From positions 5,952,001 through 6,016,000 of the forward strand of contig OY761556.1 of NCBI GenBank assembly GCA_963664705.1: a DNA stretch of 64,000 bases. The letters are read 5' to 3'. How positions within the stretch are numbered: position 1 is the stretch's first letter; the number at the start of each line of letters is the position of its first letter. Below, one piece after another: positions 36,222-46,589 of the stretch. The notes under the pieces are model-generated. The model was not told the DNA's origin. It saw only the letters and a program-made list of their open reading frames with translations, and ran no database searches. This DNA is from Acidobacteriota bacterium (GTDB taxonomy: Bacteria; Acidobacteriota; UBA6911). The translations under genes and the position numbers were made by a program.

Positions 36222-38573
36222 ATGAGATTGAGAAGCCTCTTTTTGCTTTTATTGCTGTTCCTTTCTGCCGTATCCATTGATGCACAGAATAGCCAGCTGC
36301 CGCAGCTCGGCAAGTCGACCATTCAACAGATTGTTGCCGCGATGACGCTGGAGGAGAAGGCCAGCCTGCTGGTCGGCAAGGGGTCGGGACAAGCTCCATC
36401 CGGTCCAATGATTGGGCAGATGCAGGCTCTCGTGGAGGGCGCGGCAGGCCGGACCTTTGATTTGCCCCGGTTGGGAATTCCAACCATGGTTTTGGCAGAC
36501 GGCCCGGCCGGATTGCGCATCAGCCCCACCAGAAAAGGGGATGCCAATACCTATTACTGCACGGCATTTCCTGTTGGGACGCTGTTGGCTTCCTCCTGGG
36601 ATGTGGATCTTGTGAATAGAGTCGGACAGGCAATGGGGAATGAGGTTCTGGAATATGGCGCTGATATTATCCTGGGTCCAGGACTCAACCTGCATCGCAA
36701 TCCATTGTGTGGCAGAAACTTTGAATATTACTCGGAAGACCCCTATGTGGTCGGGAAGACGGCCGCGGCCATGGTCAATGGTATTCAGTCGCAAGGGGTG
36801 GGGACCTCTATTAAGCACTTTGCGGCCAATAACGCCGAAACCAACCGGAACACCTTAAATACATTTGTCAGCCAGCGCGCGCTGCGCGAACTGTACCTTG
36901 AGGGCTTTCGGATTGCAGTCCAGGACGCGCAGCCCTGGACGGTCATGTCTTCCTACAACCTGATCAATGGCACCTATGCTCCCGAGAGCTTTGACCTGAT
37001 CACGAACATTCTTCGGAAAGACTGGGGCTTTAAGGGATTCGTGATGACCGACTGGGGTGGGGGAAAGGATTGGCCGGCGGAAGTACGGGCCGGGAATGAT
37101 CTGATCATGCCCGGGAATCCGTCCCAGGTCCAGGCGATCATTGCCGCCGTGAAGGAGGGCAAGCTGGATGAAAAGGATCTGGACAGGAATGTCGAGAGTA
37201 TTCTCAATATCGTGCTGAAAAGTCCCCGATTCAAAGGGCACAGATTTTCCAACAAGCCCGATATGAAAGCTCACGCCCTCGTTGCCAGGCAGGCTGCGTC
37301 GGAAGGAATGGTGTTGCTGAAAAACAGCGATGAGACACTGCCGTTCCCGGATTCACTCAAAAAGATCGCTGCTTTCGGCAATACGTCGTATGAAAGCATA
37401 ACCGGCGGGACCGGAAGCGGAGATGTGAATGAAGCGTACAGCGTATCGCTGTCCGAGGGTCTGAAAAATGCAGGCTATGCCGTTAATGAAAACCTTGCCG
37501 CAATGTATCAGGGGTACTTAAAAGCAACCAAAGAGGGCCGCCCCGCCGCCAGGCAGTTTATGGTGAGCGTTGCACCGACGCCGGAGCTTATCATCGATGC
37601 CGGCCTTGCAGCCAGCATGGCTGCCGTATCGGACGTCGCCGTCATTACGATCGGCAGGAATTCGGGTGAAGGACGCGACCGCAAAGATGAAGAGGGAGAT
37701 TTCCGGCTCAGCGCGGTGGAAAAGGATATGATCAAGACGGTCACCGAGGCTTTCCACGCCAAAAACAAAAAGGCGGTGGTAATTCTCAATGTCGGTGGAG
37801 TCGTGGAAACATCAAGCTGGAAAGCGGCGCCGGATGCGATTCTCCTGGCCTGGCAAGGTGGGCAGGAAACCGGGAATTCCGTAGCCGACATCCTGAAAGG
37901 CATTGTAAATCCATCAGGAAAGCTGGCCACAACCTTCCCTGTCACTTACGAAGATGCGCCCGCCGCCAAAAACTTTCCCGGCAAAGAGCTTCCATCCGAT
38001 CAACCATCTCAGCCTCAACAGGGCTTTATGCGAGGGAAACCCGCAGAGGTTACCTATGAAGATGGGATTTACGTGGGGTATCGCTATTTTGAAACCTTCA
38101 AGGTAAAACCCTCCTTCGAATTTGGTTATGGGCTTTCCTATACGAGCTTTGAGTACGGCAGCCCGAAATTGAGCTCGCAATCCTTTGGGGGAAATCTGAC
38201 CGTTTCGGTGGATATCAAGAACAGTGGCAAGGTGCCCGGGAAGGAGGCGGTACAACTGTATGTGAGCGCTCCTTCCGGAAAACTCGACAAACCAGCCATG
38301 GAACTCAAAGGGTTTGCCAAGACAAAACTGCTGCAGCCCGGAGAGACTCAGACCCTTTCGTTTGTTCTGGATGCACACAGCCTGGCTTCCTTTGACGAGA
38401 CCGAGTCGGCATGGATTGCCGATGCCGGAACCTATGCTGTCAAAGTCGGGGCATCATCCAAAGATGTTCGGCAGAGCGCCTCATTCACTCTCGGCAAGAG
38501 CATGGTAGTGAAGAAGGAAACGAATTCGCTTGCGCCGAAAACCAAAATCAATGAGTTGAGGCCTGCCAGGTAG
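36222..38573 (+). CDS. Secreted GH3 beta-glucosidase
   Basis: DGPAG, GRNFEYYSEDP, KHF, VMSSYN, VMTDW, GEG.DR, VGYRYF, fibronectin-like C-terminus. Confidence 0.95.
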   Translation: MRLRSLFLLLLLFLSAVSIDAQNSQLPQLGKSTIQQIVAAMTLEEKASLLVGKGSGQAPSGPMIGQMQALVEGAAGRTFDLPRLGIPTMVLADGPAGLRISPTRKGDANTYYCTAFPVGTLLASSWDVDLVNRVGQAMGNEVLEYGADIILGPGLNLHRNPLCGRNFEYYSEDPYVVGKTAAAMVNGIQSQGVGTSIKHFAANNAETNRNTLNTFVSQRALRELYLEGFRIAVQDAQPWTVMSSYNLINGTYAPESFDLITNILRKDWGFKGFVMTDWGGGKDWPAEVRAGNDLIMPGNPSQVQAIIAAVKEGKLDEKDLDRNVESILNIVLKSPRFKGHRFSNKPDMKAHALVARQAASEGMVLLKNSDETLPFPDSLKKIAAFGNTSYESITGGTGSGDVNEAYSVSLSEGLKNAGYAVNENLAAMYQGYLKATKEGRPAARQFMVSVAPTPELIIDAGLAASMAAVSDVAVITIGRNSGEGRDRKDEEGDFRLSAVEKDMIKTVTEAFHAKNKKAVVILNVGGVVETSSWKAAPDAILLAWQGGQETGNSVADILKGIVNPSGKLATTFPVTYEDAPAAKNFPGKELPSDQPSQPQQGFMRGKPAEVTYEDGIYVGYRYFETFKVKPSFEFGYGLSYTSFEYGSPKLSSQSFGGNLTVSVDIKNSGKVPGKEAVQLYVSAPSGKLDKPAMELKGFAKTKLLQPGETQTLSFVLDAHSLASFDETESAWIADAGTYAVKVGASSKDVRQSASFTLGKSMVVKKETNSLAPKTKINELRPAR

Positions 38574-38597
38574 GAATGTCGATACAGACTGCACGCA

Positions 38598-39773
38598 TCA
38601 AATTGAGCCGGGTTCAGGGCGATGCGTGCAGTCTGTACCTGATTTGACCAGAAAGACAAAAAGGACCAGGCCCGCCGCCATGCAGAGAGAAGCGGCGTAA
38701 AAGGCAGATGCCAGCCCAAGCTTGTCGGCAATTCCTCCAAGCACTACCGGGCCAATGCTGTTGCCGGCATACATGGCCATCATAAACATCGTTACCGATG
38801 CTCCCATTCCGTAAGTGCGCCCTTCCCGAACCACGTATGCATTCGCCGCAGGGATTCCCAGGGCTTGTCCTACCGTTACCCAAAGATAGGCAATCAGCAG
38901 ACCCCAGAAGCCGGCAACCGACGGAATGAGGAGTACCGCAACCACTGTGATCGCTGCGCCCCAAATCACCATTAGACGGCGGTTCCATCTGTCGGCCATC
39001 CGTCCCGTATAGGACTGGCAAATGGAAATGGGAATACGGGCGGCAAGCATAAGGCCGATCATGGTGGAAGTGAGCCCAAGCCTTAACCCGGCGAAAAGAG
39101 GGACAAAGGCCATGAGAGTGGCGGTGCCGACTCCGACCGTCATCCGGTAGCTGAAGACGCCGCGCATGATGCGACTCTTCAATGGCGCCAGGAAGGACTG
39201 GTACTCCCGGACGGCCCTTTTGCGCGGCAGCTCGCGGACAAAAAAGAGAATGGCCAGGAGGCCAAGTGCATTCATGGCTGCAAGTGCCAGGAACGCGACG
39301 CTGATGCTGTAGGCGTCCGTGATTGCTCCGCCGACAAGCGGCCCGGAGCCCATTCCGGCAAAAAGAACAGCATTGAAATAGCCCATCCACCTTCCCTCGC
39401 TGCCGGACTGCAGGCGGTCCCCCATATAGGCTTGGGAAATGGCCAGAAAAGTGGAGGCGCCCAAGCCCTGAAAAAAGCGCAGGACGATGAGATGCAAGGG
39501 TGTGGAGGCAAACATAAACGCCGCGGATGAGATCGAGAGAAGAGCCAGCCCGCCTGCCAGGAACGATTTTCGGCCGTAATCGTCGGACAGCCTTCCAATG
39601 AACAGAAGCGTGGTGGTTCCGGAAACACTGAAGGCCGCCTGCACAAAGCCCAACTGCAACGCCGATGCGCCCATTTTCCTGGCATAGAGCGGCAGAAACG
39701 GCGAAATGATGTTCATTCCGAGCATGGATATGAACAACGTGCCCAGCAGTACAAAAAATGTCTTTTTATCCAT
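38598..39773 (-). CDS. MFS transporter (drug:H+ antiporter-like)
   Basis: GRLSDDYGRK, RFFQGLG, GPLVGG. About 12 TM helices. Confidence 0.9.
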   Translation of the reverse strand: MDKKTFFVLLGTLFISMLGMNIISPFLPLYARKMGASALQLGFVQAAFSVSGTTTLLFIGRLSDDYGRKSFLAGGLALLSISSAAFMFASTPLHLIVLRFFQGLGASTFLAISQAYMGDRLQSGSEGRWMGYFNAVLFAGMGSGPLVGGAITDAYSISVAFLALAAMNALGLLAILFFVRELPRKRAVREYQSFLAPLKSRIMRGVFSYRMTVGVGTATLMAFVPLFAGLRLGLTSTMIGLMLAARIPISICQSYTGRMADRWNRRLMVIWGAAITVVAVLLIPSVAGFWGLLIAYLWVTVGQALGIPAANAYVVREGRTYGMGASVTMFMMAMYAGNSIGPVVLGGIADKLGLASAFYAASLCMAAGLVLFVFLVKSGTDCTHRPEPGSI

Positions 39774-39909
39774 TCGGAATCTGCTTCAGTCCACCACTTT
39801 TCCAAACCGCTCTTTATATCCGACTGCGCCGGACCGAACCGGCGCGGTTAAGATACTACGGGTTCCGGAAATAATCAGCGGCAATGCATCGGGAAACCGG
39901 AAGCGGCAC

Positions 39910-39937
39910 AAAAAAGGGCCACCCCGAAGAGTGACCC
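39910..39937 (-). terminator. Intrinsic terminator about 140 nt upstream of the MFS start
   Basis: Minus strand: GGGTCACTC-TTCG-GGGTGGCCC-TTTTTT. Confidence 0.75.
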
Positions 39938-40325
39938 GGTGAGGGATATGAAATAGATGAAGCCGTAAGCTATCAGTATGCAAACAACGTTCCCGAATGA
40001 GTGTCTTTGGAGAAGAATCGCGCAACATGTGTTCTTCTCGGATGTTAGCGTTATTTGATAATTTTTGATTCTGGGGGCCGGCCTCGGCAATTTGTAAACC
40101 CTGCTGACAGGCCATTGCAAAAATGGGTTTCAGGAAGCGCTGAAGCAGTTGAAATAGCAAAACATATTTATGTGTAAGCTATTTCGACGCTGGAATATTT
40201 GCTGCCAATACCTGGAGGATAGAGATGTGCAGGCAGGGAGGCATTATTTTGATGCGCATGTCTCCCCTTATTCGATTGGCCACAATCATTCGAGCAGTAA
40301 CCGGAAGATCGCGGTACCCGGGTGC

Positions 40326-41075
40326 CTATTTGGTGGATGGATCAATTGTAACCAGTTGTCCGTCACGCATGCTAAACATGACATTGTGCATACTCACTTC
40401 CAGTTCGCATGTTTTCTGCTTGCCGGTATTTGCGTCAAACCCCAGGGCTATTTCCAGGCGGGATCCCGGACGGATCCATCTTGCCGGGTAGTGGTTGCCG
40501 GGACCGAAGAATTGGTTGCATTCACAATTATATGAAAAACCGAGGAGTGCCCCTGCATCCTGAGTATTGCCATATCCCGAGCCACGTTTGCTCCCCGTGG
40601 AGGCTTGCCCGACTTCCGCAGTCCAATGCGTATCGATGATCTGAACGCGCATCCCATATGACCGCAGGCTTTCGGTTTCCGCCGGATTTTTGAAGAGCCG
40701 GAAAGAGACCTCGATATTTGCCTGAACATCGACGGGGTTTCCGTTGTAGGTGCCGGGCTGAAAGCGCCATTTCGTGGCAATTGTGTTTATTGCGGATTCG
40801 TCGAGCCCGTACCCCAGTCCTTTGAGGATTTTTAAGCTGTCGACGGTGCCGTCTTTTCTGACGATGGCCTGGAGAAGAATGATTCCCTCCGCACCCGCCT
40901 CACGCGCTTCAGGCGTGTATGCCGGCAGTGGCTGGGTCAGGACGACAGGCGCTTTTACACCGCCTCCAATCTTATAGGGGGCGGCAGGCCCGCCTTCCTG
41001 ACCGGAAGCATATCCGGGGAATAACAGGCAACCGACGAGAAATGGCGTCGGCAGTACCTTAAATAGCTTCAGCAT
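40326..41075 (-). CDS. TonB C-terminal domain protein with an extra C-terminal domain
   Basis: Signal peptide, P.YTPEAR..EG..IVRKDG..GLGYGLDESA..WRFQPG..G.PV..VSFRL. Confidence 0.85.
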   Translation of the reverse strand: MLKLFKVLPTPFLVGCLLFPGYASGQEGGPAAPYKIGGGVKAPVVLTQPLPAYTPEAREAGAEGIILLQAIVRKDGTVDSLKILKGLGYGLDESAINTIATKWRFQPGTYNGNPVDVQANIEVSFRLFKNPAETESLRSYGMRVQIIDTHWTAEVGQASTGSKRGSGYGNTQDAGALLGFSYNCECNQFFGPGNHYPARWIRPGSRLEIALGFDANTGKQKTCELEVSMHNVMFSMRDGQLVTIDPSTK

Positions 41076-41337
41076 GATGATTCCTCCGTAGTAAGCCGGG
41101 TTTCGGGATTTTTACATGCAACTTTCTTTATAAGACGACAATTCGCAAATTTGGTTCAGGAAAAACAATCTAGACATAATACGTTAAACCGGGCGGAAGG
41201 CTTCGCCTGAGGTTCAGGATTCACCCTGCGGCAAAGAAATCTGCGGACAAATTGGGACCTGCTGAGCTATTGTGACTGTGCCCAATCGTCAGTTGTTGGT
41301 GGCCAGTTTGCCGTAACATGCAGAAAGGAATGCAGCC

Positions 41338-41706
41338 TTGTATAAAAAGACAGTTTTTGCGGCTTTTACGCTTTTGGTAATTTGGATCGGGTGTGCAATT
41401 GCTGAGGAAAAGCGCCCATTTACGGCGGATCGCCATAAAGCCCTCAATATTGCCTGCGCCGGATGCCATGGAGAGGAAAAACCTCAGAAGGCTGCAACGG
41501 AAGAGTCCTGCATTAAATGTCATCAGACCATAGAGAAGGTTGCGGAAAAGACGACGAGTTTGAAACCGAATCCGCACAAGAATCATCTCACGGAAGGCAG
41601 CGATGTGGCGTGTACGCAGTGCCATGCGAGCCATAAAGCCGATGACATTATCTGCGAGCGATGCCATGCAGGGCTGAAATTTGAGAAGCAGGCAGAAGCC
41701 AAATAG
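41338..41706 (+). CDS. Small periplasmic tetraheme cytochrome c (flavocytochrome c3 heme-domain/STC-like)
   Basis: Signal peptide, four CxxCH motifs (CAGCH, CIKCH, CTQCH, CERCH), NPHKNH. AAAGGA RBS before TTG. Confidence 0.9.
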   Translation: MYKKTVFAAFTLLVIWIGCAIAEEKRPFTADRHKALNIACAGCHGEEKPQKAATEESCIKCHQTIEKVAEKTTSLKPNPHKNHLTEGSDVACTQCHASHKADDIICERCHAGLKFEKQAEAK

Positions 41707-41719
41707 CCGGCCTGAATCC

Positions 41720-41767
41720 TAAAACTAAAAAGGCTCGAGAGGAATGCCTCGAGCCTTTTTAGTTTTA
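41720..41767. terminator. Bidirectional intrinsic terminator
   Basis: Perfect 20-bp inverted repeat TAAAACTAAAAAGGCTCGAG / CTCGAGCCTTTTTAGTTTTA between convergent genes. Confidence 0.85.
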
Positions 41768-41782
41768 CTGCCTGGATTCCTG

Positions 41783-43360
41783 TTACCAGCTGCTTTCGAA
41801 ATTGGCATATTCACGCAGCCGATTTGAATACTGTGCCCGTCGAAGCTTCATCAAGGCATTCTCCTCGATCTGCCGAATCCGCTCCCGTGTAACCTGGAAT
41901 TTTTCTCCACATTCCTGAAGCGTGTATTCCTTTCCGGCTTCATTCATTCCGTATCGCATGCGCACGATTTCCTGTTCGCGCGGAGAGAGCGATTGCAGGG
42001 CTGAGTCGGCCACTGCCCGCAAATCATCGCTCATGACGGGCTCGATCGGCTGAATGGCTTTCTTGTCTTCAATGAAGTTATTCAGCTCCGAGTCCTTTTC
42101 TGAAGTCATGCAGGCCTCGAGCGACATTGGCTCCTGGGCGGCCTCCAGAATCTGCATCACCTTCGGGGCTGGAATATTCAGTTCCTTGGCGATTTCTGCC
42201 TTGGAGGGCTCGTGTCCCAGGCGTTTCTTGAGTTCGTTGGCTGTGCGCATGACCTGGTTGATCGCCTCTACCATGTGCACCGGGACTCGAATTGTCCTTC
42301 CCTGGTCTGCAATGGCGCGCGTGATACTCTGCCGAATCCACCAGGTCGCATAGGTCGAAAACTTGTTTCCCAGGCGATAGTTGAATTTATCCACCGCCTT
42401 CATGAGCCCGATGTTCCCTTCCTGGATAAAGTCGAGAAAATCGATTCCGGGATAGGAATACTTTTTGGCGATACTGAGGACCAGGCGCAGATTCGAGCGA
42501 ACAAACTGGTCTTTCGCGTCGCGCATTTCGGACTTATTTCGACGGATATCGCTCAGTACATCCCGCAAATCCTGGGTGTTGGTGAGGTATTGCCGTTCGA
42601 GCTGGCGCAAGCCTGTGGAGGCCTGGCGACGGGAATTTTGTTCCCGCAGGCGACCGCGGACAGGCTTTCGCGTTTCCTTTTCGGCCTGTTCCATTTTGAG
42701 CAGCCCATCCTCGACACTGTGGATGAGGTCATTGATTTGGTTTTCTGTGAAGTCAATGCGTCGCATGCATTCGAAGATAGCGTCCCGTTTCAGAGTTTTC
42801 CGGGCAGATATGCTGCGCGATCTGCCGCAGGCCAGTCGATACCTGGCTTCCAGTCGCTCGAGCCGCGACATGATCTTGCAGATTGCCTTCATCCGGAGCT
42901 CATTTCGTTCTTCCAGAGAAATGTCTGTTTCCGACTGAACCTCCCGCCCCGTGGCGTCAGGCGCAGCAACGCTTGCCGTCGGCTGAAGATCCTCGGCCAT
43001 CTCCAGTATTTTTGTCGAGGCAATCGTTGTTTGCGACAGGAAGCGCAGCACATTGTGCCGGGCGGTTTCGAGTTTTCTGGCCAGGTCGAATTCCTGGTCT
43101 CGCGTGAGAAGCGGGAATTTGCTCATGCTCCGGTAATATACATAAACGGGGTCCGTGAGCTGAGCCGTGTCTTCCGTGCTCCTGCGGTCTGGCTTGTTTT
43201 CGTCAGGTAGCCGCTCGAATCGCGATCTGTCCTGGTTTGTTTCCCGGTAGGCAGAATACAATTCGCGGTTGTCCTGGCTGTCATCCCCTAATTCTTCTTC
43301 GATGTCTTCCAGTATGTTGTCTTTTGTGAGTTCGATCATGGTCGCTCGTATCCTCGCCAT
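41783..43360 (-). CDS. RpoD-family (group 1/2) sigma-70 factor
   Basis: [69 protein letters not shown]. Confidence 0.92.
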   Translation of the reverse strand: MARIRATMIELTKDNILEDIEEELGDDSQDNRELYSAYRETNQDRSRFERLPDENKPDRRSTEDTAQLTDPVYVYYRSMSKFPLLTRDQEFDLARKLETARHNVLRFLSQTTIASTKILEMAEDLQPTASVAAPDATGREVQSETDISLEERNELRMKAICKIMSRLERLEARYRLACGRSRSISARKTLKRDAIFECMRRIDFTENQINDLIHSVEDGLLKMEQAEKETRKPVRGRLREQNSRRQASTGLRQLERQYLTNTQDLRDVLSDIRRNKSEMRDAKDQFVRSNLRLVLSIAKKYSYPGIDFLDFIQEGNIGLMKAVDKFNYRLGNKFSTYATWWIRQSITRAIADQGRTIRVPVHMVEAINQVMRTANELKKRLGHEPSKAEIAKELNIPAPKVMQILEAAQEPMSLEACMTSEKDSELNNFIEDKKAIQPIEPVMSDDLRAVADSALQSLSPREQEIVRMRYGMNEAGKEYTLQECGEKFQVTRERIRQIEENALMKLRRAQYSNRLREYANFESSW

Positions 43361-43763
43361 TCAGTTCAGGGGGGCATTTAAACATCATTCGGCCCGATAT
43401 CGATATCCGAAGAAATACCCCTTTATGCGTAGGTAGTAACACCCACGCCAATTGTGCAAAGAACCCAGTCGATAAATCGAGGCGGCTCTACCCGTTCACG
43501 TGTGTTTCGCAAATGTTATGGACAAGCCAAGCGAACGGGTGAGACGTTCGGCATTTCCCCGCCATATAGTGTGATTTTTCCAATGTTTTTTTGGACCGTC
43601 TGAAGCAGAATAGGGTGGCATAGTCTGCCTTTTCAAAAAAGAAAGCAGTCGACAACCACAGAAGCACAAGGTCGAGCGAGCCTTACTGCTGGAATATCTG
43701 GGAGAAGAGAAGATGAGCATCGATGGAATGCTCGAATTCTCCCGTGTTCTTATGGAGAGATAA

Positions 43764-44135
43764 ATGAAATTCAGGTTTGACCATAACAACATCAACGTCC
43801 GGGATCTGGAAAAAAGCCTTCGATTTTATAAGGACGCGCTCGGACTTGTCGAAACACGGAGAATGGAACCGCCGGACAAGAGCTTTATTCTTGTATTTCT
43901 TGGCGACGGCCAGACAACGCATAAGATTGAACTCACATGGCTCCGGGACCGCACCGAACCCTATAGCCTTGGCGATAATGAATTCCACCTGGCCTTTAAA
44001 GTGGATGACTATGCTGCCGCGTTCGCCCATCATAAAGAGATGAATTGCGTGTGCTATGAGAATCCCGTGATGGGGATCTACTTCATCGAAGATCCCGATG
44101 GATACTGGCTGGAAATCATTCCAGAGAAAAAATAG
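43764..44135 (+). CDS. VOC/glyoxalase I (lactoylglutathione lyase-like) protein
   Basis: HNNINVRDLEKSLRFY, IELTW, HLAF, FIEDPDGYWLEI. Confidence 0.88.
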   Translation: MKFRFDHNNINVRDLEKSLRFYKDALGLVETRRMEPPDKSFILVFLGDGQTTHKIELTWLRDRTEPYSLGDNEFHLAFKVDDYAAAFAHHKEMNCVCYENPVMGIYFIEDPDGYWLEIIPEKK

Positions 44136-44193
44136 CCAAGGCAATTCCCAAGAGATTTTTGTCTGAAAAACCCACGCATTGGATGAGACAGTT

Positions 44194-45093
44194 ATGAAAA
44201 AAGCAGGTTTGAGTTTACTTATTACCATCCTCCTTGTTGCCCCCGCCGCCATGCGCGCCCAGGATAAGGCGCCGACGCCGCAGATAAAATCAACGGCTGA
44301 AATAATGACGCAGCCGATGAATGTTTTTCGGCGATTCTCCGGGGAGGGCAAGCCGATCTATGATTTTTATGGAAAGATAATAGGTCTTAAACGGCTGGAG
44401 ACCTACAACCTTGGCGGGAATACAAGTGTCGACAGATTCCAGATCGGTCCCACGCTGCTGAAATTCAGCACATTTGTTGCCAATCGCAAATATCAACAAT
44501 GTGCGGTTCCGGAAGCGACCGGCCTGCGTCTTCTGACTTTCTTTTTTCCCGATAGGGCCCCGGTTGAGGAGAGATTTCGTGCCAATGGTCTTTCGGTCCC
44601 CGAATTCAAGCCGATCCCCGGCTCGAAGAGGGTCAGTGCCTTGGTCCAGGATCCGGCAGGGCAGTGGGTCGAAATTGTCGTTGCCCCGGATGAGCCCGCG
44701 TCTACATACGATCAAATCGAAATCGGCCTGGTTGTTTCCAACCTGGATGTCAGCCGCAAATTCTATAGGGATTTCATAGGCCTGGAAGAGCTCCCGCCTG
44801 TCGACGATCCCGTTTTCAAAACCAAGAAATATCCTTACAGGCGTGGAGCGGTTGTCGTAACGCTTCGCTGCTTTGGCAAGCCTGGCTCGGCGGATACGGG
44901 AAGCGGCGGCATTCAGTATGTTGCTTCCGATGTGCAGGCAGTTCAGGATCTGGCAAATGCGAGACAGGTAAAAGTCGATCAGCCGGTCAACACGCTCCGT
45001 GGCTTCAGCCTCAGGTTTGTGTGGCTGGATGATCCGGATGGAATCACCAACTACTTTGCCGAGATTCCCGCTACGCCTCCCAAGAAACAGTAA
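44194..45093 (+). CDS. Secreted two-domain VOC-family protein
   Basis: Signal peptide, two VOC repeats (FYGKIIGL..DPAGQWVEI; FYRDFIGL..DPDG). Confidence 0.78.
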   Translation: MKKAGLSLLITILLVAPAAMRAQDKAPTPQIKSTAEIMTQPMNVFRRFSGEGKPIYDFYGKIIGLKRLETYNLGGNTSVDRFQIGPTLLKFSTFVANRKYQQCAVPEATGLRLLTFFFPDRAPVEERFRANGLSVPEFKPIPGSKRVSALVQDPAGQWVEIVVAPDEPASTYDQIEIGLVVSNLDVSRKFYRDFIGLEELPPVDDPVFKTKKYPYRRGAVVVTLRCFGKPGSADTGSGGIQYVASDVQAVQDLANARQVKVDQPVNTLRGFSLRFVWLDDPDGITNYFAEIPATPPKKQ

Positions 45094-45176
45094 TTGCCGT
45101 CTGTGGACGGCTTTCCGGAGCCGTCCCGTGAACTTTGCAGCATGATCTTGAATTATTTGACCTTTTGAGGTGATTC

Positions 45177-46529
45177 ATGAAATCTTCGCCCCCTTCCAAA
45201 ATTGAAATCGGTCAGTTGATCGATGAGCGACGGCTGGCCCCGCTGCAGATACTGGTTATTGTCCTTAGTTTTCTTGTTGTCTGGCTGGATGGATATCACA
45301 TTCAAAGCATGTCTCTCGTGGTGCCGACCCTGGCCAAGGCGTGGTCTGTAAAACCGACAGATTTTAAAATAGTCGTTTCGGCCGCGCTTTTTGGCATCCT
45401 GCTCGGAAGCGCCTTCATTGCCAGCTCGGGAGACCGTCTGGGACGGCGCAAGGTTCTGATCATTTCGATGGTCATTGTCGGGATTTCCTCCATTGTGACC
45501 GGGTATGCCAATGGGATGACACACCTTGTTATCTGGCGGTTCCTGACCGGTCTGGGGTTGGGCGCGAGCATACCAAACGCGACCGCCCTGACTTCCGATT
45601 ATGTTCCATCAAAGAGGCGCGCGGCGCTCCTGACGCTGATGTTTTCGGGCGTCGCGATCGGAGCATTTGCGTCGGGGTACATCGGTGCTCCAATTGTAGA
45701 GCATTGGGGCTGGCGGAGCCTGTTTACCATCGGCGGAATCGTCCCTCTGTTCATGGCTCTTCTGCTGGCGGTTGCAATGCCGGAGTCTCTGAGGCTGATG
45801 CTTGTGCGCACACCGGATGATCCGCGCATAGTGAAAATCCTCGCCCGCATGGCGCCGGATGTCGACCCCAAAACCATCTACGCGAAAAAGCAGGATGTAC
45901 AGCATACGTCTGCCCTCGAACTGTTGAGCAGCACCTATAGAAGAGGAACGCTGCTGCTTTGGTTTGTTTTCTCTGTCAACATGTTCATCCTGTATCTGCT
46001 TGTGAATTGGTTGCCCACGCTTCTTAGCGCTCAGGGCTGGACCGCGGCGCAGGCGATGCGCGGCTCCGTAATGAACCAGCTCGGGGGTGTGCTGGGCGGC
46101 TTCATTCTGTCCTACTATGTGGACAAAGGAAAGACGGTCGTCTCGACCATAACATCGTTGGTTCTTACAGGAATTGCGTTCTGGCTTTTCAGCATTTTGC
46201 CGTCCACGGGACTGTCGTGGTGGATTCTTTTAATGATCGTCGGCGGTGGGATATCCGGGGCGCAGTTTGTGCTCAATGCCCTGGCCGGAGGTTTTTATCC
46301 CCCGGTTATCCGTTCGACAGGAGTGGGCTGGGCTTTTAGTGTCGGGCGCATTGGCGCGGTCCTCAGCGGCGTTGTAGGAGGGAGAATTCTGGAGATGAAC
46401 CTGGCGCCGATGACGCTGTTGAAGATGCTGGTCATTCCGGTTGCGCTGTGTATCGTCGGCGTTCTGATGTTCCGGAATACGTTTCAGCCTGCCGCGATTC
46501 CGGTAAAGACATCAACCGCAGGAAAGTAA
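45177..46529 (+). CDS. MFS transporter, aromatic acid:H+ symporter (PcaK/BenK-like)
   Basis: LDGY, DRLGRRK, RFLTGLGLG..PN, YPP.IRSTGVGWA.VGRIG. Confidence 0.88.
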   Translation: MKSSPPSKIEIGQLIDERRLAPLQILVIVLSFLVVWLDGYHIQSMSLVVPTLAKAWSVKPTDFKIVVSAALFGILLGSAFIASSGDRLGRRKVLIISMVIVGISSIVTGYANGMTHLVIWRFLTGLGLGASIPNATALTSDYVPSKRRAALLTLMFSGVAIGAFASGYIGAPIVEHWGWRSLFTIGGIVPLFMALLLAVAMPESLRLMLVRTPDDPRIVKILARMAPDVDPKTIYAKKQDVQHTSALELLSSTYRRGTLLLWFVFSVNMFILYLLVNWLPTLLSAQGWTAAQAMRGSVMNQLGGVLGGFILSYYVDKGKTVVSTITSLVLTGIAFWLFSILPSTGLSWWILLMIVGGGISGAQFVLNALAGGFYPPVIRSTGVGWAFSVGRIGAVLSGVVGGRILEMNLAPMTLLKMLVIPVALCIVGVLMFRNTFQPAAIPVKTSTAGK

Positions 46530-46535
46530 AAACAC

Positions 46536-46582
46536 AAACGCCACGAATTTCACAAATTGCTGTGAGATTCGTGGCGTTTTTT
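46536..46582. terminator. Terminator hairpin between convergent genes
   Basis: AAACGCCACGAATTTCACA ... TGTGAGATTCGTGGCGTTTTTT. Confidence 0.7.
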
Positions 46583-46589
46583 GTTTCGG

